64,000 nt of DNA from Phaeosaccion multiseriatum (taxonomy: Eukaryota > Protista > Ochrophyta, other classes): contig OZ218958.1 in the NCBI GenBank assembly GCA_965112735.1, positions 2,914,001 to 2,978,000 on the forward strand. Direction: 5' to 3'. The notes beneath the pieces were generated by a model, which was not told the DNA's origin, did not search any database, and was given only the letters and a program-made list of their open reading frames with translations. Made by a program: the position numbers and the translations under genes. This document shows positions 35,974 to 58,953 of the stretch, piece by piece; the first letter of the stretch is position 1; the number at the start of each line of letters is the position of its first letter.

Positions 35974-38900
35974 TCAACCCATGTGAACCTCCGCCTTCTC
36001 CCCGCGCTCGCCCATATTCCTGAGATGGTTGATGTGAGCCATGAAGGCCTCCCTAAAGGTGCTTAGGTGGTTGTACTGGACACCGTGCTTGCGGCACACC
36101 TCCTGGATGAGTGGGGCGATGGCGGGGTAGTGGTATTGACTCACGCCGGGGAACAGGTGGTGCGTCACCTGAGCGAGTTGGTGATACAGAGGGAGGGATG
36201 GAGGGATGGAGGGAGGGAGGGAGGAAATATTAAGAGAAGCGTTAGTTTCTAGCTCATAAAATGTACAATAAAAGATATGCCATTAAGACAGCACTTGAAG
36301 GAACAAGGTTGACAACAGACAATCTTGGGAAGCGCTGAGAGGGAGGACACTCTCAAGCTTGCACTATTACGTAACGTAACGTGCAGTTTCAAACCCCGCC
36401 CCCCCCCCCCCCCAAAAAAAACCTGAAACGAAACGTCCATTCATCACCGCACGTTACCTGGTAGTTGAGTGCACCCGACAAGAAGGCCGTCATCCACGAG
36501 CCGTGACCATAGTCCACCGAGGTCTTACACTGCGACACAGCCCACTCATCTCCCACAGAGTCCTGCCCAGCCTTGTCCCCGAGGGGGTAGTCGCAGGCGG
36601 TGCTCACGTGCGACACTTGGAAGTTGAAGGCCAGGTAGTAGCCGGTCATCCACTCGCTCAGCAAGAACAGGCCGAAGAACTGCGCCAGACTGCCCGGGCT
36701 GAAGACGGCCGTCCACATCAAGGGCATGGCCAGTCTCCAGCTCGCCCAAACCACCTTGCTGCCCCACATCTCTATCCATCTCCAGGAGCTCAAGGGGTTG
36801 ACTCGCATAGGGCCGTTTCGCTCTCCATAGAACGTCTCCGTAAGGTCCTGGATCCTAAACTTCAGCCCGAGAATGCCGTAGAGAGGGGGCAAATAGATGT
36901 GCTGCCATTTGTACATGGGGGAGTAGTCCTGTCGGTCTACCAACCGGCGAGCGTCCCCCTTGTCGGACACGGGAAGATCAGGGTCAGCCATGTAGAGGTT
37001 GGTGTAGATGTGGTGCCCAACGACATGTTGGTAATGCCACGACGTCAGGTTGGCGCCTGGCGGTGATTGCCATTGGTTGGTTGGTGGTTGGTTGGTTGGT
37101 TGGGAGGGTATGGTTGGTTGGAACGGGGCAGGAGGGGGGAGAGAGAGAAGGAGAGAGGCGCAGAGCGAGAAGGGGGGGGGGGGGGAGAGAGAGACGAAAA
37201 TGAGCTACTAAGTGAGAGACTTGCGTTGGGAAGCTTCGCGCCACACTCGCAGCGGGCGGCCTTACAAACAAGGCAGACACAACCAAGCAAAGCTTCTTCC
37301 CAGAGCCCCAGAGCCCTAACCCTAATTCCTCCTTCCCCTCTCCCCTCCTCCTTCCCATCTCCCCTCCTCCTCCCCTCCTCCTCCTCCTCCTCCTCCTCCT
37401 CCTCCTCCTCCTCCTCCTCCTCCTCCCCGCCCCCACATTCTCACCTGCGTACAGGTCCATAAACAGCCGTCCACCATAGCACCACCAATTGGCCGAGTTG
37501 CCAAAGGCCGTGTGCGAAGAGTCATGCATCACATGCAACAAGGGAAGCGCTTGCAGCACCCCAAACAGGGAGGCAGTGATCAGCCGGGCCCACAGGGGAA
37601 GAGAGGGCCAGAAGCCGTTCGTGGCAAGGAAGGCAGCCACTGCGCATAGAGACACCACCATCATACGCCACACACCCGCCCAGGGGCTCTTAGGGTCCAA
37701 CTTGTTGTCCTGTATGTGTATGTGTGTGTGTGTGTGTGTGTTGGGGGCAGGTTTGTGAGTGTGTTCGGTGAGGGAGGAGAGTAGTTTGTTGAGGGAGTGG
37801 CCTGTCCTGTCTTGTCTGCCTATCCGGGTGTCTTGACTCCCTCATGTCTCCCAATGGCTTGTGAAACTCAGCCTCTTCGCCTCTCCCCTCTTTTCCTATC
37901 ACTCTCACGTCTCCCAGTGCCTTACAGAACTCACCCCCTCTCTTCACGCTGTGCCCCTCCCCCCCCCCCTCTCTCTCTTACTTCCTACTCACCCTGAAGT
38001 AGTCTCCCACAGCCTTACTCATGTCCTTGTACAGTCCTGTGTCCCTTGGGTACTGAGGGAACTCGTGGTTCGACACCGTGCCAATCTCGAACTTGTTGAG
38101 CAGCAGCCGCGGCTTGTCGCTGAACGGGTGGTAGGACTCAAATGCCTGCGAGGCGTCTCGGCCTACGAACAGCAGCGCCATCTCTCGTCCTCCGGGGTGC
38201 TTGTCGATGAAAGCTTTTTTTGTTTTTTGTTTTTTTTTGGTGTGTTTTGTTGGGGAACGATCGTGCGAGCGATGGGAGGAAAGAAGAGAAAGGAAAAGGT
38301 GTTCGTGAGTTGATGCATTTTGTCCATGGGCTTTTTTGCTCTTCTCTTAAGAGAGAGTGCCGGTTCAGACAGATAGAGCCGGTTCAGACAGGGAAGGGAA
38401 GAGAAGTGGTGGCCTGGATGGGAAACAGGGGTTGGGGAGCTAGGATAACGTCTGCATATTGCCGTTAGCTTAACACTGGCTTAGTATTAGCCTTACTTAC
38501 ATGTAAGGTCATAGACCTTGTCGTGCACAATGACCCAGGCGCTCTCGGGAGTGTTGTGCTTGGCTACCTCCTGCCAGGTGTACACGTTGGTGCTCGAGGG
38601 GCTCGGGTCCCTCTTGCCGCGGTGTCGCAGACCATCGTCTGTTGCCAGGGTGACAGTAGTTGTTGTGGTTGGAGGAGGAGGACGAAGGCGGGTTGGGGTT
38701 AGGGCACGACAGGCGAACAGAGCTTGAGATGGGGCGAGAAAAGGAGGAATGAGTTGATGGAACGCTGGAGGTCAGAGGGGAGTGGGAAGGGGTTGGACCG
38801 GAAAAAGAACGAGCGGAACGAGCGGAAGGAGCGCGTGGGTGAAGGCAGGCGAAACCAAAAACGCTTGGCACCGTCATCCCGCGACGTGGGCGAAGCGTTG

Positions 38901-38996
38901 GAGAACAAGCGCTTTGCTACTGGACAAGACAGAGAATCTCCTCCTCTCCACTAGCCACACACCTGCTCCTGTAATGGGCTTTGCGTTGGGCGCCAT
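35974..38996 (-). CDS. Front-end (cytochrome b5-fused) fatty acid desaturase, Delta5-type (about 6 exons)
   Basis: YTWQEVAKHNT..VYDLT.FIDKHPGG (b5 domain), His boxes HDSSH, QHVVGHH and QVTHHLFP. Segments such as ALPLLHVMHDSSH and QHIYLPPLYGILGLKFRIQD closely resemble oomycete/Mortierella-type Delta5 desaturases (from memory). Confidence 0.92.
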
Positions 38997-39299
38997 TGTC
39001 CCTCGATGCAACCCCTGGTCCTCGTTTTAATGGTACCTGAACCTATCTCGGCCAATTTCGCAGCTTCGTCAGGGATCCCGGGGTGGAGGCGAATCAAAAC
39101 CTCGCCACGGAAACCAAAGTAACTGTATTTTTTTGTATTTCTCTCTCTCCCTGCGAGGAATAAAGGCCTTGCACAACTCGGAAAGGGCCACCTGACGCAC
39201 ACAGGATCTCTGACAGAAGAGTGAGAGAAGAAGGGATCCAACAACTGGTTGCTGTGGGCCAAAGAAAGCGCACGCACCGCGCGCTCACCACGCCAATAC

Positions 39300-41513
39300 A
39301 TGGTGTCGCCCATGGCGCAGAGGAGGCTCCAAGAGCAGGGCAATGCAGCCAACGGCCCCAATGCAAGATCCGAGAGGGACGGAAGCAGTAGCAGTAGCAG
39401 TGGGAGTGGCAGCAGCAGCAGTGGGAGTGGCAGTATCAGCAGCACTTCCTGCAGCAGCGGGGGTCGCAGCAGCACTGCCAGCACGCGCCCCCCTCTATCA
39501 CTGGAGGAGATTGACACAATGATATTTTTCTCGGAGCAGTCACGCCAGAGGCTTACCCCTAGATCCTTGGAGGCATGCCGGCAGCACGGGGTGGATCTCT
39601 CGGACCTGTGCGTCCGACCGAGAGAGTCCTTCGTGTACCAGGAAGAAGACGAGGGCGATGAGGAGCTCCTTGATATTCGGGTGGAGAGGTGCGTGCGAAG
39701 ACTCATTCCAAATCAGTATGCGTGAGTAATTGGGCGATCAGGGATAGCCCGGGGGGGAGGCAAGATGCCTCGCGTCAACGACGTTTTCTGATTTTCTCCT
39801 CCCCCCAAATGGGGGAGATGTGAGGGAGGGAGGCCTCAGCGTACGAATAGGATAATGCTCTCTCACCCACTCACTCAACTGGTGCTGCCATCTGTACACA
39901 AACCGACCACACAGGTATGAGGTGAGTCGCCATCGTCTGTTGCGAGCCGTCCGGAGGGAAAGACAAAACGCCATCCGCAGGAAGCTCCAAAGCGACGCCA
40001 TCTGTAAAGCGCATGCCCAACATGCGAAGAGGGCTGCTACTGCTACCCCTCCTTCAGGTATGAAGAGTGGCGGTCCATCGCTTCCCGCCCCCAGCAGCGA
40101 TACCCTTCCCCCCGGCACGACGCCAGCAGTAGCCTCAGCAGCAATAGCAGCAGCAGGAGCAGCCGCAGCAGCCGCCGCAGCAGGAGCAGCCGCGGCAACA
40201 ACGTGGGAGGAGGAAACAACGTGGGCGGCGCCGCAGGGAGGCAAGGGGGGGGGCTCCTCTGCCTCTGCCTCTGCCTCTGAGAAGAGGAGGCATTACGAGG
40301 CGTTGGTGCGTGCTCGGGAGGAGGAGCGGCTCGCCAAGATTGCGCAGCGCCAGGCCAAACAGCTCAAGAACATTCTCACCAGAGAACTCATCAACCTCTC
40401 GGAGAAGGACAAAGCGGCGCACCTCGTAAGTACCTGGTGTCAGATATGACGCAAGTACCTGTTGTCAGATATGACGCAACCCCATCGAAGCGACCATCCC
40501 CTGCCTTTCCCTGCCATCCACTGCCATACCCCCCCCCCCCCTCGCCCACCCACTACCATCCACTCATCCACTGCCATCCCCTGCTGCCATCCCTCAGGCG
40601 GAAGCGGAGGCACAGCGCGACAAGGCAAGGATGGAGCGGCAAAGACTCAAGGAGCAGGCCGTGGGCGACATACGCGTGAGTTTCAAGTTTCAGTCTGTCA
40701 CTTCACTCACACAGGGCTTCAGCTTCAGGTCAATCAAAGATCAGTAGCCCGTCCTGACACACCGTCCTTCTCCTTATCCCTCCCCTCCCAGCACAAGGCC
40801 CTGATGGAGCAGGAGGCAAGGCGTCAAGAGTCCGTCGTCAGACTGAAAGAGATGCACAGAGAACAGGTAAAAGTAAAAGAGAAGAGACAAGAGAGGAGAC
40901 GGGAGGGCGGGAACCACGGAATGGGCCCAGAAGCTTTCAGCATAGGGGGGATCTTCTGATTTATCGACTTGCATGTAGATTATATATGGGTGAAGTCGAT
41001 TGGACTGAAACCTCTGTTGAATGCTACTGACTCTACCCCCAACTGCCACCAACTGGGCACCCTTTGGGACTTGGGCACCCCTGGATACCCCAACCAACCC
41101 CACTTTCTTACAGAGGAAGGAGATGGAGGAGCTGGAGATGGCCGGGGATTGGGTAAGATTACGTAAGGCACACAAGGAGAAGCAGCTTGAGGCGGAGAGG
41201 AAGGCGAAGGCAGAGGCAGGTGCGTGTGTGGAGGGGTGGAGGGAGGGAGAGGGGGAGAGCGAGACGGAGGGAGAGAGAAAGATGGAGGAAAAGGAGGCAT
41301 GCAACCTCTCTTGCTGCTTCGACATGCGACTCATAAACTTATTGCCTTGTACTTCGAAGTACCAGAAATCGTGTCACATGCACCACCCACACCCTCCAAC
41401 CCATCCCCACCCACCCACCCACCCACACCCCAACCAATGCGAATACACACTACACACCCACCCACACACACCACACCACAACAATGCGAACACACACACA
41501 CTACAAACACACA

Positions 41514-41583
<70 letters not shown>

Positions 41584-43145
41584 CACACACACGCACACAC
41601 TTGCAGAGACCGCTCGAGTGGAAGCAATGAGGCGACGCAGGCAAGAAGAGGATGCCCTCAAGGCCGCTGCCCTCTTGGATAAGGAGAGCACCGTGAGGGC
41701 CAAGTTACAGGAGGCACAGAGGAGGAAGGTGGCCAAAGATAAAGCCAAGAGAGAGGCCATCAAGGCGAGGGCAGAGGCGGCGAAGAAGACGCACGAGAAG
41801 GTGGGGGTGAGGGAGGGGAGGAGAAGGGAGGAGAAGGGAGGAGGGGGAGGGGGGTGGGGGCAGGTGGGTGGGGACGAGGAGGAGGAGGAGGAGGAGGAGG
41901 AAAAGCCTCCAATCTTGCTATGCTTGCTTCGTATCGTCGCCTCTTCCGTTCCTCTTGCCCTCTTGCTCTCCACCTTCTTCATTTTCTTCACCACACTTTG
42001 TCCGTGTGTCCACCCGTCTCTTTCTCCGTGTGTCTGCTGGTCTCTCTCCAACATCTCTCTTTCTCTCCCTATCCCCCCTTTCCCTATGTCCCCCCCCCCC
42101 CATCCCCGACTCCCTCTCCGCCTCTCTCTCTCCTCCTCTTGCCCTCTCTCTGTCTCTCTGTCTCTCTCCCTCTCTCCCTCTCTCGGTCTATCTGCCTCGC
42201 TTTCTCCCACCCCATCAACGACGCTAATCACTACCCATCAGATCCGTGAAGAGAAGGCGCACGAATTACAGCATCGTCGCCAACTGGAGGAAACGCGACA
42301 GATAGCAGCAGAGGTCACACAGCAGAGGGCACGAAAGAAGGCAGCAGACGCGCAGGCGAGAGCGCTGAGGGAGCAAGCGGCCCTGGGCGAGGAGGTGAGT
42401 GCTTGTGTGTGTTTATGTGTGTGTGCGTGCGTGCGTGCGCGTGTGTTGTAGAGCCGCACTTAGGCCTTCACTTCTATCTCCCCTCCCTCCCCCCCCCGCC
42501 TCTCTCACCTCCCTCCGCTTCGTCTCACCGCGGGACCTCGGGCTGCTACACCTCTGCTGCCGTACTGCCATATACTGCCATGTACTGCCATATACTGCCA
42601 TATACTGCCATATACTGCCATATACTGTCATATACTGCCTTATGCTGTCATATAGTGCCATATAGTGCCATACACTGCCATCTACTGCCATACACTGCCA
42701 TACACTGCCATATACTGCCATATACTGCCATATAATGCCATATCTCGATGTCCGTTTGTCTCCCCCTCCCATCCCTTACTTTCCTCACTGCCGTACTACA
42801 ACAGAACCGCAAGAGGGCCCGCGGCAGAGCGGCGGCGGCGGCCCTCAATGCCGAGAAGGAGGCCGAGGAGCGTCTGGAGAGCAAGCTCCGGGCTAAGGAG
42901 GAGGCGGCCAAGCGGCTAATGGAGAACAAGGTCGGTACATATATGTACATATATAATACGTATATTATAATGTATATAATTATGTACATATTATGTATAT
43001 ATATGTGTGTGCGTGTGTGTGCATGTGCGTGTGTGATGTGTGCGTGTGTGTGAGTATGTGTGTGTGCGTGTGTGCGTGTGTGTGCATGTGCGTGTGTGAT
43101 GTGTGCGTGTCTTTCTCTCTCTCTCTCTCTCTCTCTGTATGTGCG

Positions 43146-43182
<37 letters not shown>

Positions 43183-44145
43183 GTGCGTGCTACACGTTCT
43201 CTCTCTCTCTGTGTGTGTGTGTGTTGCGCATTCCTGCGCGTAGGGCCCACCTTCTCCCTGCCCAGGCCACAGGCAAGCAATGCACTGAACCATGTCCCCT
43301 CTCTCCCTCCCTCCCTCCCTCCCTCCCTCCCTCCCTCCCTCCCTCCCTCCCTCCCTCCCTCCCTCCCGCCCCCTCGCTTGAGTAGAAGAAGGAGCAGGAG
43401 ATGAGGCGTAAGGAGCTGAAGGTGAAAGAGGAGATAAGACAGCAAATGGTTGCGAGGAAGGAGAAGGCGGAGCAGTACCGAAGGGGGGTGGCGGAGCGGC
43501 GTGTCCACGAGATGGACGAACGCATGGACATGATTCGGGACCAGAAAGGTGGGTTGGTGTGGCAGGGAGGGAGCAGAGCAATGGGTGGGTGGGTGGGTGG
43601 GTGAGTGAGGGAGGAAGGGAGCCACATATACGACTGAGGCTTTCGTTCGCAGTTTCAGTCCCAGCTTTAGTTCCGGGGCGATGCCATCCACTGCCATGCC
43701 CGTTCGTCTCTTCCTCTCTCTGCTGACTGCGTGATATGCTTGACTAAAGTTGATGTGATCTCGACCCCCCCCCATCCCACTCCACTACTTGATCACGGCT
43801 TGGCCACGGCTTGACCAATGCTTGACAACAGGCAAGGGGGCTGCCCAGCACGCACACGCCCGCATGACGGAAGGCATTGCCCAAAGCGTTACGGCTCTGC
43901 GCCAGAGACTGAGCAAGCTCGAACCGGGACACGCGGATTTTGAGGACGTCACCACCGCCCTCAGAGCTTCCACCCCTGGGACCTCCCGTGCTAGCGTTGG
44001 TGGGATGGCAACCAATGGAGGAGGTGGGATGGCAACCAATGGTAGTAGTGGGATGGCAACCAATGGTGGTGGTAGGGGTGGAGGCGGCGCTAGTGGTGGT
44101 GATGATGGTGGTGGTCACCCTGACGCAGCGCCAGCAGGTGGTGAT

Positions 44146-44191
<46 letters not shown>

Positions 44192-44528
44192 CAGCGTATG
44201 GTAGCGTTGGGAGCAAGAGTAAGCCCATGAGACCGAGCAGCGCAGCGGGCAGAAGCAAACTGCAGCGGCCCGGGGGTGGGGCGCCGGTTGTAGTGAAAGT
44301 GGGGGGTAAGAAAGGGGGAGGAGGAGGAGGAGGAGGACGAGGAGGAGGGGCAAGAGGAGGGGCAGGAGGGAGGGGAGGGAGAGGAGGGAGAGGAGGAGGG
44401 AAAGGAGGAAGAGGGAGAGGAGGAGGGCGAGGAGCATGGGGAGGAGGAGGCGAGGAGGAGGCGATGGAGAAGGGCGGCTCAGCAGAGGAAGGTCTCAGAG
44501 TCGAGGAGGAGAAGAGGAAGGAGCAGGG

Positions 44529-44562
<34 letters not shown>

Positions 44563-45203
44563 GAGCTGTTGGTGACAAGGCCGCCCAAGTCTCCCGAGGA
44601 GCTGTTGCTGGTGCAGGCCAAAGCCAAGGCCCTTGAGCAGGCGGAGACTCAACTGCTTGACACCACTTCGGCCCTCATGTCGATGCTGGAGGAGGAGCAG
44701 GGGAGGGAGGAGGAGAGGGAGCGCGGCGTCATGCGGCTGCATCACAAGCAGCAGCAGCAGCAGCAGCACAAGCACACGAGGGGAGGGGTGGCAGAAGAAC
44801 AGCAGCCGGACAAGTTGGTGATACGGCAGCAGCAGCAGCAGCAGCAGGAGGAGGAGGAGGACAAGCTGCAGCGGAGGCTTGCGGAGGAGCGCCAGGAAGC
44901 GTCAGAAAGGATCATTGCCCTCACCCTCAGTAAGTCAGTAAGAGTCGAGTATGTCCGTACGAGTGTTCTTCACCCGCCCGAGACAGCTGGGGTGGAGCCG
45001 TCAATGATTTATGCCCCAGGTTGACTCCTTTACCCCTCCCCGTCCCCCTACCCCTCCCCCTCCCCGTCCCCCTCCCCCTCCCCCTCCCCCTCCCCCTCCC
45101 CCTCCCCCTCCTCCTCCTCCTCCTCCCCCCCGCAGAGTATGAGGTAGCGATGCGTGTGCGTGACGAGGTACAGGAAGCGTACGCTAAGCAACTTGAGGCC
45201 TAA
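39300..45203 (+). CDS. Large multi-exon hypothetical coiled-coil protein
   Basis: Charged helical exons bounded by GT-AG. The N-terminal motif LTPRSLEACRQHGVDLSDL..RPRESF..RYEVSRHRLLRAVRRER resembles an uncharacterised protist family. Terminal exon EYEVAMRVRDEVQEAYAKQLEA*. Confidence 0.7.
42564..42742. repeat. 10-bp tandem repeat (TACTGCCATA)n, intronic
   Basis: About 17 slightly degenerate copies. Confidence 0.9.
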
Positions 45204-45955
45204 TGTCAAGCAAGTGTCAAGCAATTCAAGGCTTCATGTCAAGCAGCTATCCACGCACGAGCAGTAGCACCAGTAGCAGCAGCAGCGGGGGCAGCAACAG
45301 TAGCAGCAGTAGTAGCACCCTTTCGATGCCTGTCCTTCTCGATTTAGGACCGCAGCTACACCCACTGCGGTCAACAATCTGCAACTGCAACTGCAACTGC
45401 AACTGCAACTGCAACTGCAACTGCAACTGAAACTGAAACTGGCATTCACTAGAAGGGAGGCAGGATACTCCTTCTTTTCCCTGAGGACCTTCTTCTTTCG
45501 GTGTACTGTGATTGATTATATTGTCTCACATAATAGAAAATTAATTTACAACTGAGTCCTTCGTCACACAGTGAAGTGACTTGGGCTTTCGCCGCTTCGA
45601 CATCAAAGTTGCGCGAACCCTCTTTCATCCTTATTCTTCATCTTGCTTTCCCGTCTTATATGACATTGCAATAACCTGCCCTCCTCTCACCCACTCCCAA
45701 CCAATCAACTAACCGAAGAACGAACCAACCAACCAATGCAAGCGAGCAAGCAGGCGAAGCAACTTGATCAAAACGAAGCTCATAGCTCACCCCATCGTCC
45801 TCCTCCTCTCCCCCCCCTCCCTCCCTCCCTCCCTCCCTCCCTCCCTCCCTCCCTCCCTCCCCCCCTCCCTCCCTCCCCCTCCTCTCTTCAGCCGTCTCCA
45901 TCTGCTCTCTCGACATCCATCCCCACTCCAGCCTTGTCATCGCTCGTGTCTACCG

Positions 45956-46017
45956 ACTTGCACTTGGACAGCTTGCACTTGGACAGCTTGCACTTGGACA
46001 GCTTGCACTTGGACAGC
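45956..46017. repeat. 15-bp tandem repeat (CTTGCACTTGGACAG) x4
   Basis: Direct reading. Confidence 0.9.
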
Positions 46018-46144
46018 TTCACTGCAACCTCTCGCCCCCCCGGGACCATTTTCGAGGCCTTCATAGGTGAGGGAGACTCTGCTTTCCCTTCCTTGCCTCT
46101 GCCCCCGTTTCTCTCTGTACTGTCTGTCTGTCTGTCTGTCTGCC

Positions 46145-46288
<144 letters not shown>

Positions 46289-46325
46289 AGTGGATCAGTC
46301 AGTCAGTCAGTCAGTCAGTCAGTCA

Positions 46326-46360
<35 letters not shown>

Positions 46361-46425
46361 AGCCTTTCTTTCTTTCTCTTGTCTGCCTGTCTGTGTCTGT
46401 CTGTCCATCCTCCTCTCTCACACAC

Positions 46426-55843
<9,418 letters not shown>

Positions 55844-56130
55844 CGCACAACCGCGCGTCCGCCTGCGTAAGAAAGATATGATGGGAGGACGCAACTCAAG
55901 CCACGACCATTCCAATAGAGCCTCTCTACTCTTCGCGGCGCTGAATGCTCGTGCAATGTTGCTTCTTGACCAATACTGATTGCCACACCCTCTGGTCCTG
56001 GCACTTCTTGCCTGGCGTTTCGCTCATAGCATGGGCAAGAGGGATACACGTAGAGAAGAGTTTTCGTGAGAGAGTCTCTCGTGAGAAGCGAAAAAACGGT
56101 TTCGTGATGAAACGGCAGAGTTGGCGACGA

Positions 56131-56150
56131 TCTAGGTCCAACACGTCAAG
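56131..56150. promoter_or_regulatory. Conserved upstream motif TCTAG-NN-CCAACACGTCAAG shared by both FNIP genes (second copy 60432-60451)
   Basis: An identical 13-mer plus TCTAG lies ~135-170 bp upstream of both ATGs in otherwise dissimilar flanks. It contains an ACGT (CRE/G-box-like) core. Function is inferred. Confidence 0.45.
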
Positions 56151-56316
56151 CCAGCTCCTCTCCCCGATCTCTCCCTCTCCCCGTATTTAACATCGCTCTC
56201 TCCCCCCATATATTTTCGATCTCTCCCCCCCCTCCTGACAAAACTCTTTCCAGAGCTCTACCAAGAGGCCTCTTTCCACACCAGTGTTTGCGGCTAGATA
56301 GAGAAAGGAAGCAGAT

Positions 56317-58140
56317 ATGGAGGGCCCTGGCCCAGCGTCGTCCTTGGGAGAACCTCCTGCTCCTTCTGCGTTTGGGGTTCCTGCTGCTGATGCTGCTACT
56401 GATGCTGCTGCTGCTGCTGCTGCAACTGCTGCTGCTACTGCTAATGCTACTGCTGCTGATTCTTCTGCTGCTGATGCTGCTGTTGCTACTGCTGCTGAGG
56501 CTACTGCTGCTGATGCTGCTGCTGCTGATGCTGCTGCTGCTTCTCCTGCTGCTGCGGCCGCTGTCTCTGAAGGCAGCAGAATTGGAGTAGCTGTCTTGGC
56601 CACGGTGGCGCGAGAGATGTCGAGCAAGGATATGTGGGGCGTGCATAGAGACGTCGACGAGGTTACCTCTCGCGCTCTGCTGTTTGAGGCCACCATGCGG
56701 CGTGATACACAGCAGCGTCTCCTCGACATGCTGCTGCTGCTGCAGCAGCAACAGCAGCACTACCACCACCACCACCACCAAAGACTTGATCAAGATGCGG
56801 GGCGGTCTGAGCGGAAGAGATTGTTTCGTGTCACAGCTTTGCGCTTGTGTCCGATGAAAGACGATGCTCTGAAGAGTGTCCTGGAGCTATTGCCCCCATC
56901 GGTCAAGCGGTTGAAGCTGCCCGACACTTTCAATCAACCAAATTTGGTGCTCCCAAGCGCTTTGGAGGAAGTGGATTTGGGGAATATGTTCAACAGCCCA
57001 ATCGCCCTCCCTTCTTCGCTGAAGAAGGTCACTTTGGGCGGGTGCTTTCATCGAGCTGATTTGTTATTACCAAGCTCTCTGGAGGAGCTGGAGTTTTCGC
57101 CTTACTCAATGTTCAACAGCCCAATCGTTCTCCCTTCCTCGCTGAAGAAGCTCACTTTTGGAGGAGACTTCGCTCAGGCTGATTTGGTGTTGCCAAGGTC
57201 TTTAGAGGTGCTGGAGTTTTCGTCCGACTCGAGGTTCAACAAACCAATCGTGCTCCCTTCCTCGCTGAAGAAGGTAACTTTCGGGGCATTCTTCCGTCGT
57301 CCTTTGGTCTTGCCAAGCTCTCTGGAGGAGCTGGAGTTTTCAAAGCAGTCAAAGTTCAACGAACCGCTCATTCTCCCTTCCTCACTGAAGAAGGTCACTC
57401 TTGGACGACACTTCGATCAGGCTGATTTGGTGTTACCAAGCTCTCTGGAGGAGCTCGAGTTTTCATGGAAAGCAGCATTCAATAGGCCAATCGTTCTCCC
57501 TTCCTCGCTGAAGAAGGTCACTTTTGGCTGGCAATTCGATCAGGCTGATTTGGTGCTACCAAGCTCTCTGGAGGAATTGGGGATTTCAACTTTCTCAGTG
57601 TTCAACAGGCCAATCGTTCTCCGTTCCTCGCTGAAGAAGGTCACTTTTGGAGATCACTTCAATCAGGCTGATTTGGTGCTACCAAGCTCTCTGGAGGAGC
57701 TCGAGTTTTCAGAGAACTCAGCATTCAACAGGCCAATCGCTCTTCCCCCCTCGCTGAAGAAGGCTATTTTTGGAGAACGCTTCGATCAGGCTGATTTTGT
57801 GCTACCAAGCTCTCTGGAACAGCTGGAGTTTCCAAAATTCTCCGTGTTCAACAGGCCAATCGCTCTCCCCCCCTCGCTGAAGAAGGTCACTTTTGGTTAT
57901 GCCTTTCACCAGCATTTAGTCCTTCCGAGTGGTGTCGAGGAGGTGCAAATGGGGCGTAACTTTAACCTCCCCCTGGTCCTCCCTCCCTCTCTGCGGGCTC
58001 TTACACTGAATCCTCAATACTCCTGCCCTCTGGAGAGCCTACCTGCTGGGCTGAAGAAGCTTACGGTGGGGACGAGATATCCGCCGCCTGCAGATCTACC
58101 CGAGGGGGTTCAGGTACACCGTCATAATTCCCCCTACTGA
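56317..58140 (+). CDS. FNIP-repeat (LRR-type) protein 1, intronless, 607 aa
   Basis: Alternating LPSSLKKVTFGxxFDQADLV and LPSSLEELEFSxxSxFNRPIV repeats (FN.PI signature). The N-terminus is Ala-rich with polyQ/H and a possible degenerate F-box-like segment. Confidence 0.92.
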   Translation: MEGPGPASSLGEPPAPSAFGVPAADAATDAAAAAAATAAATANATAADSSAADAAVATAAEATAADAAAADAAAASPAAAAAVSEGSRIGVAVLATVAREMSSKDMWGVHRDVDEVTSRALLFEATMRRDTQQRLLDMLLLLQQQQQHYHHHHHQRLDQDAGRSERKRLFRVTALRLCPMKDDALKSVLELLPPSVKRLKLPDTFNQPNLVLPSALEEVDLGNMFNSPIALPSSLKKVTLGGCFHRADLLLPSSLEELEFSPYSMFNSPIVLPSSLKKLTFGGDFAQADLVLPRSLEVLEFSSDSRFNKPIVLPSSLKKVTFGAFFRRPLVLPSSLEELEFSKQSKFNEPLILPSSLKKVTLGRHFDQADLVLPSSLEELEFSWKAAFNRPIVLPSSLKKVTFGWQFDQADLVLPSSLEELGISTFSVFNRPIVLRSSLKKVTFGDHFNQADLVLPSSLEELEFSENSAFNRPIALPPSLKKAIFGERFDQADFVLPSSLEQLEFPKFSVFNRPIALPPSLKKVTFGYAFHQHLVLPSGVEEVQMGRNFNLPLVLPPSLRALTLNPQYSCPLESLPAGLKKLTVGTRYPPPADLPEGVQVHRHNSPY

Positions 58141-58245
58141 AACAGGACGTTTCTTTGATTAATCTGTTTCCATCGTACTGCTCAAATGCGTACTATTGTA
58201 CTAGAATGATACCCCGTGGGAGCGTCTACAGTGGCTGCTCCAGGA

Positions 58246-58437
58246 GTGAGCCCTACCCTGCCACCCCCCCGCCCCCCACACCCCTCCCTTCGGCTGCCGT
58301 ACGACGGCAAAGTGCCCTCTTGGACTATCTTTGTCAGCCACCCTGCCTGCCTGCTCTCAGAGTGTCCGCAGGCCCAAGCCTCGACTCGCCCACGCCAAGA
58401 GGGAGTCCACGAAGGCTGCCACCGTCTGCCGCTGCCC
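58246..58437. repeat. Duplicated segment, paralogous to 62465-62663 (3' end of the convergent neighbour gene)
   Basis: Near-identical gcctgcctgctctcagagtgtc.gcaggcccaagcctcgactcgcccacgccaagag.gagtccacgaaggct.ccaccgtctgccgctgcc occurs downstream of both FNIP genes. Confidence 0.9.
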
Positions 58438-58953
58438 GACACCTCCCACTCTCCCAACTGAGGAAGCTTTGGGGCGGTCACTGGATGGGTGGGACCACTC
58501 CAGCAACGCCGATATCCACACATGCATACAGCACACCGCCTTGCGTAAGGGGAACAAGACGACCCCACAAAATGGCCTCCATATTACTTCGCACGCCCCT
58601 CCCGTGGAAGCAACCAGCTGAGGTAGACGGCGGGGAGGAAGCGCTGGTCCGACGACCTCACCACGTCCAACAGTCGAGGGCGGTTCCGCTCTGCCGCCCT
58701 TCGGGGCGTGAAAGGGCCTGTCCATGCTCTCTGTGAGGTGTCCCAGCCGCTCCCGTACACTGAGTGGTGCCCTCCCGAGCTTTCCGCTGCAAGAGCTCCA
58801 TGCACGCCGCTCCCCCACAATGAAGTCGATTTGGCGCTGTATACGGACATGGAAACACAGCACCGACTGCTCCACATTGATCGTGCGCCGCTGAGTCCCT
58901 CCACCTCGCTCTCCGAGCATGAGAGGCCATACACATACACTGCTTCTGGCTCC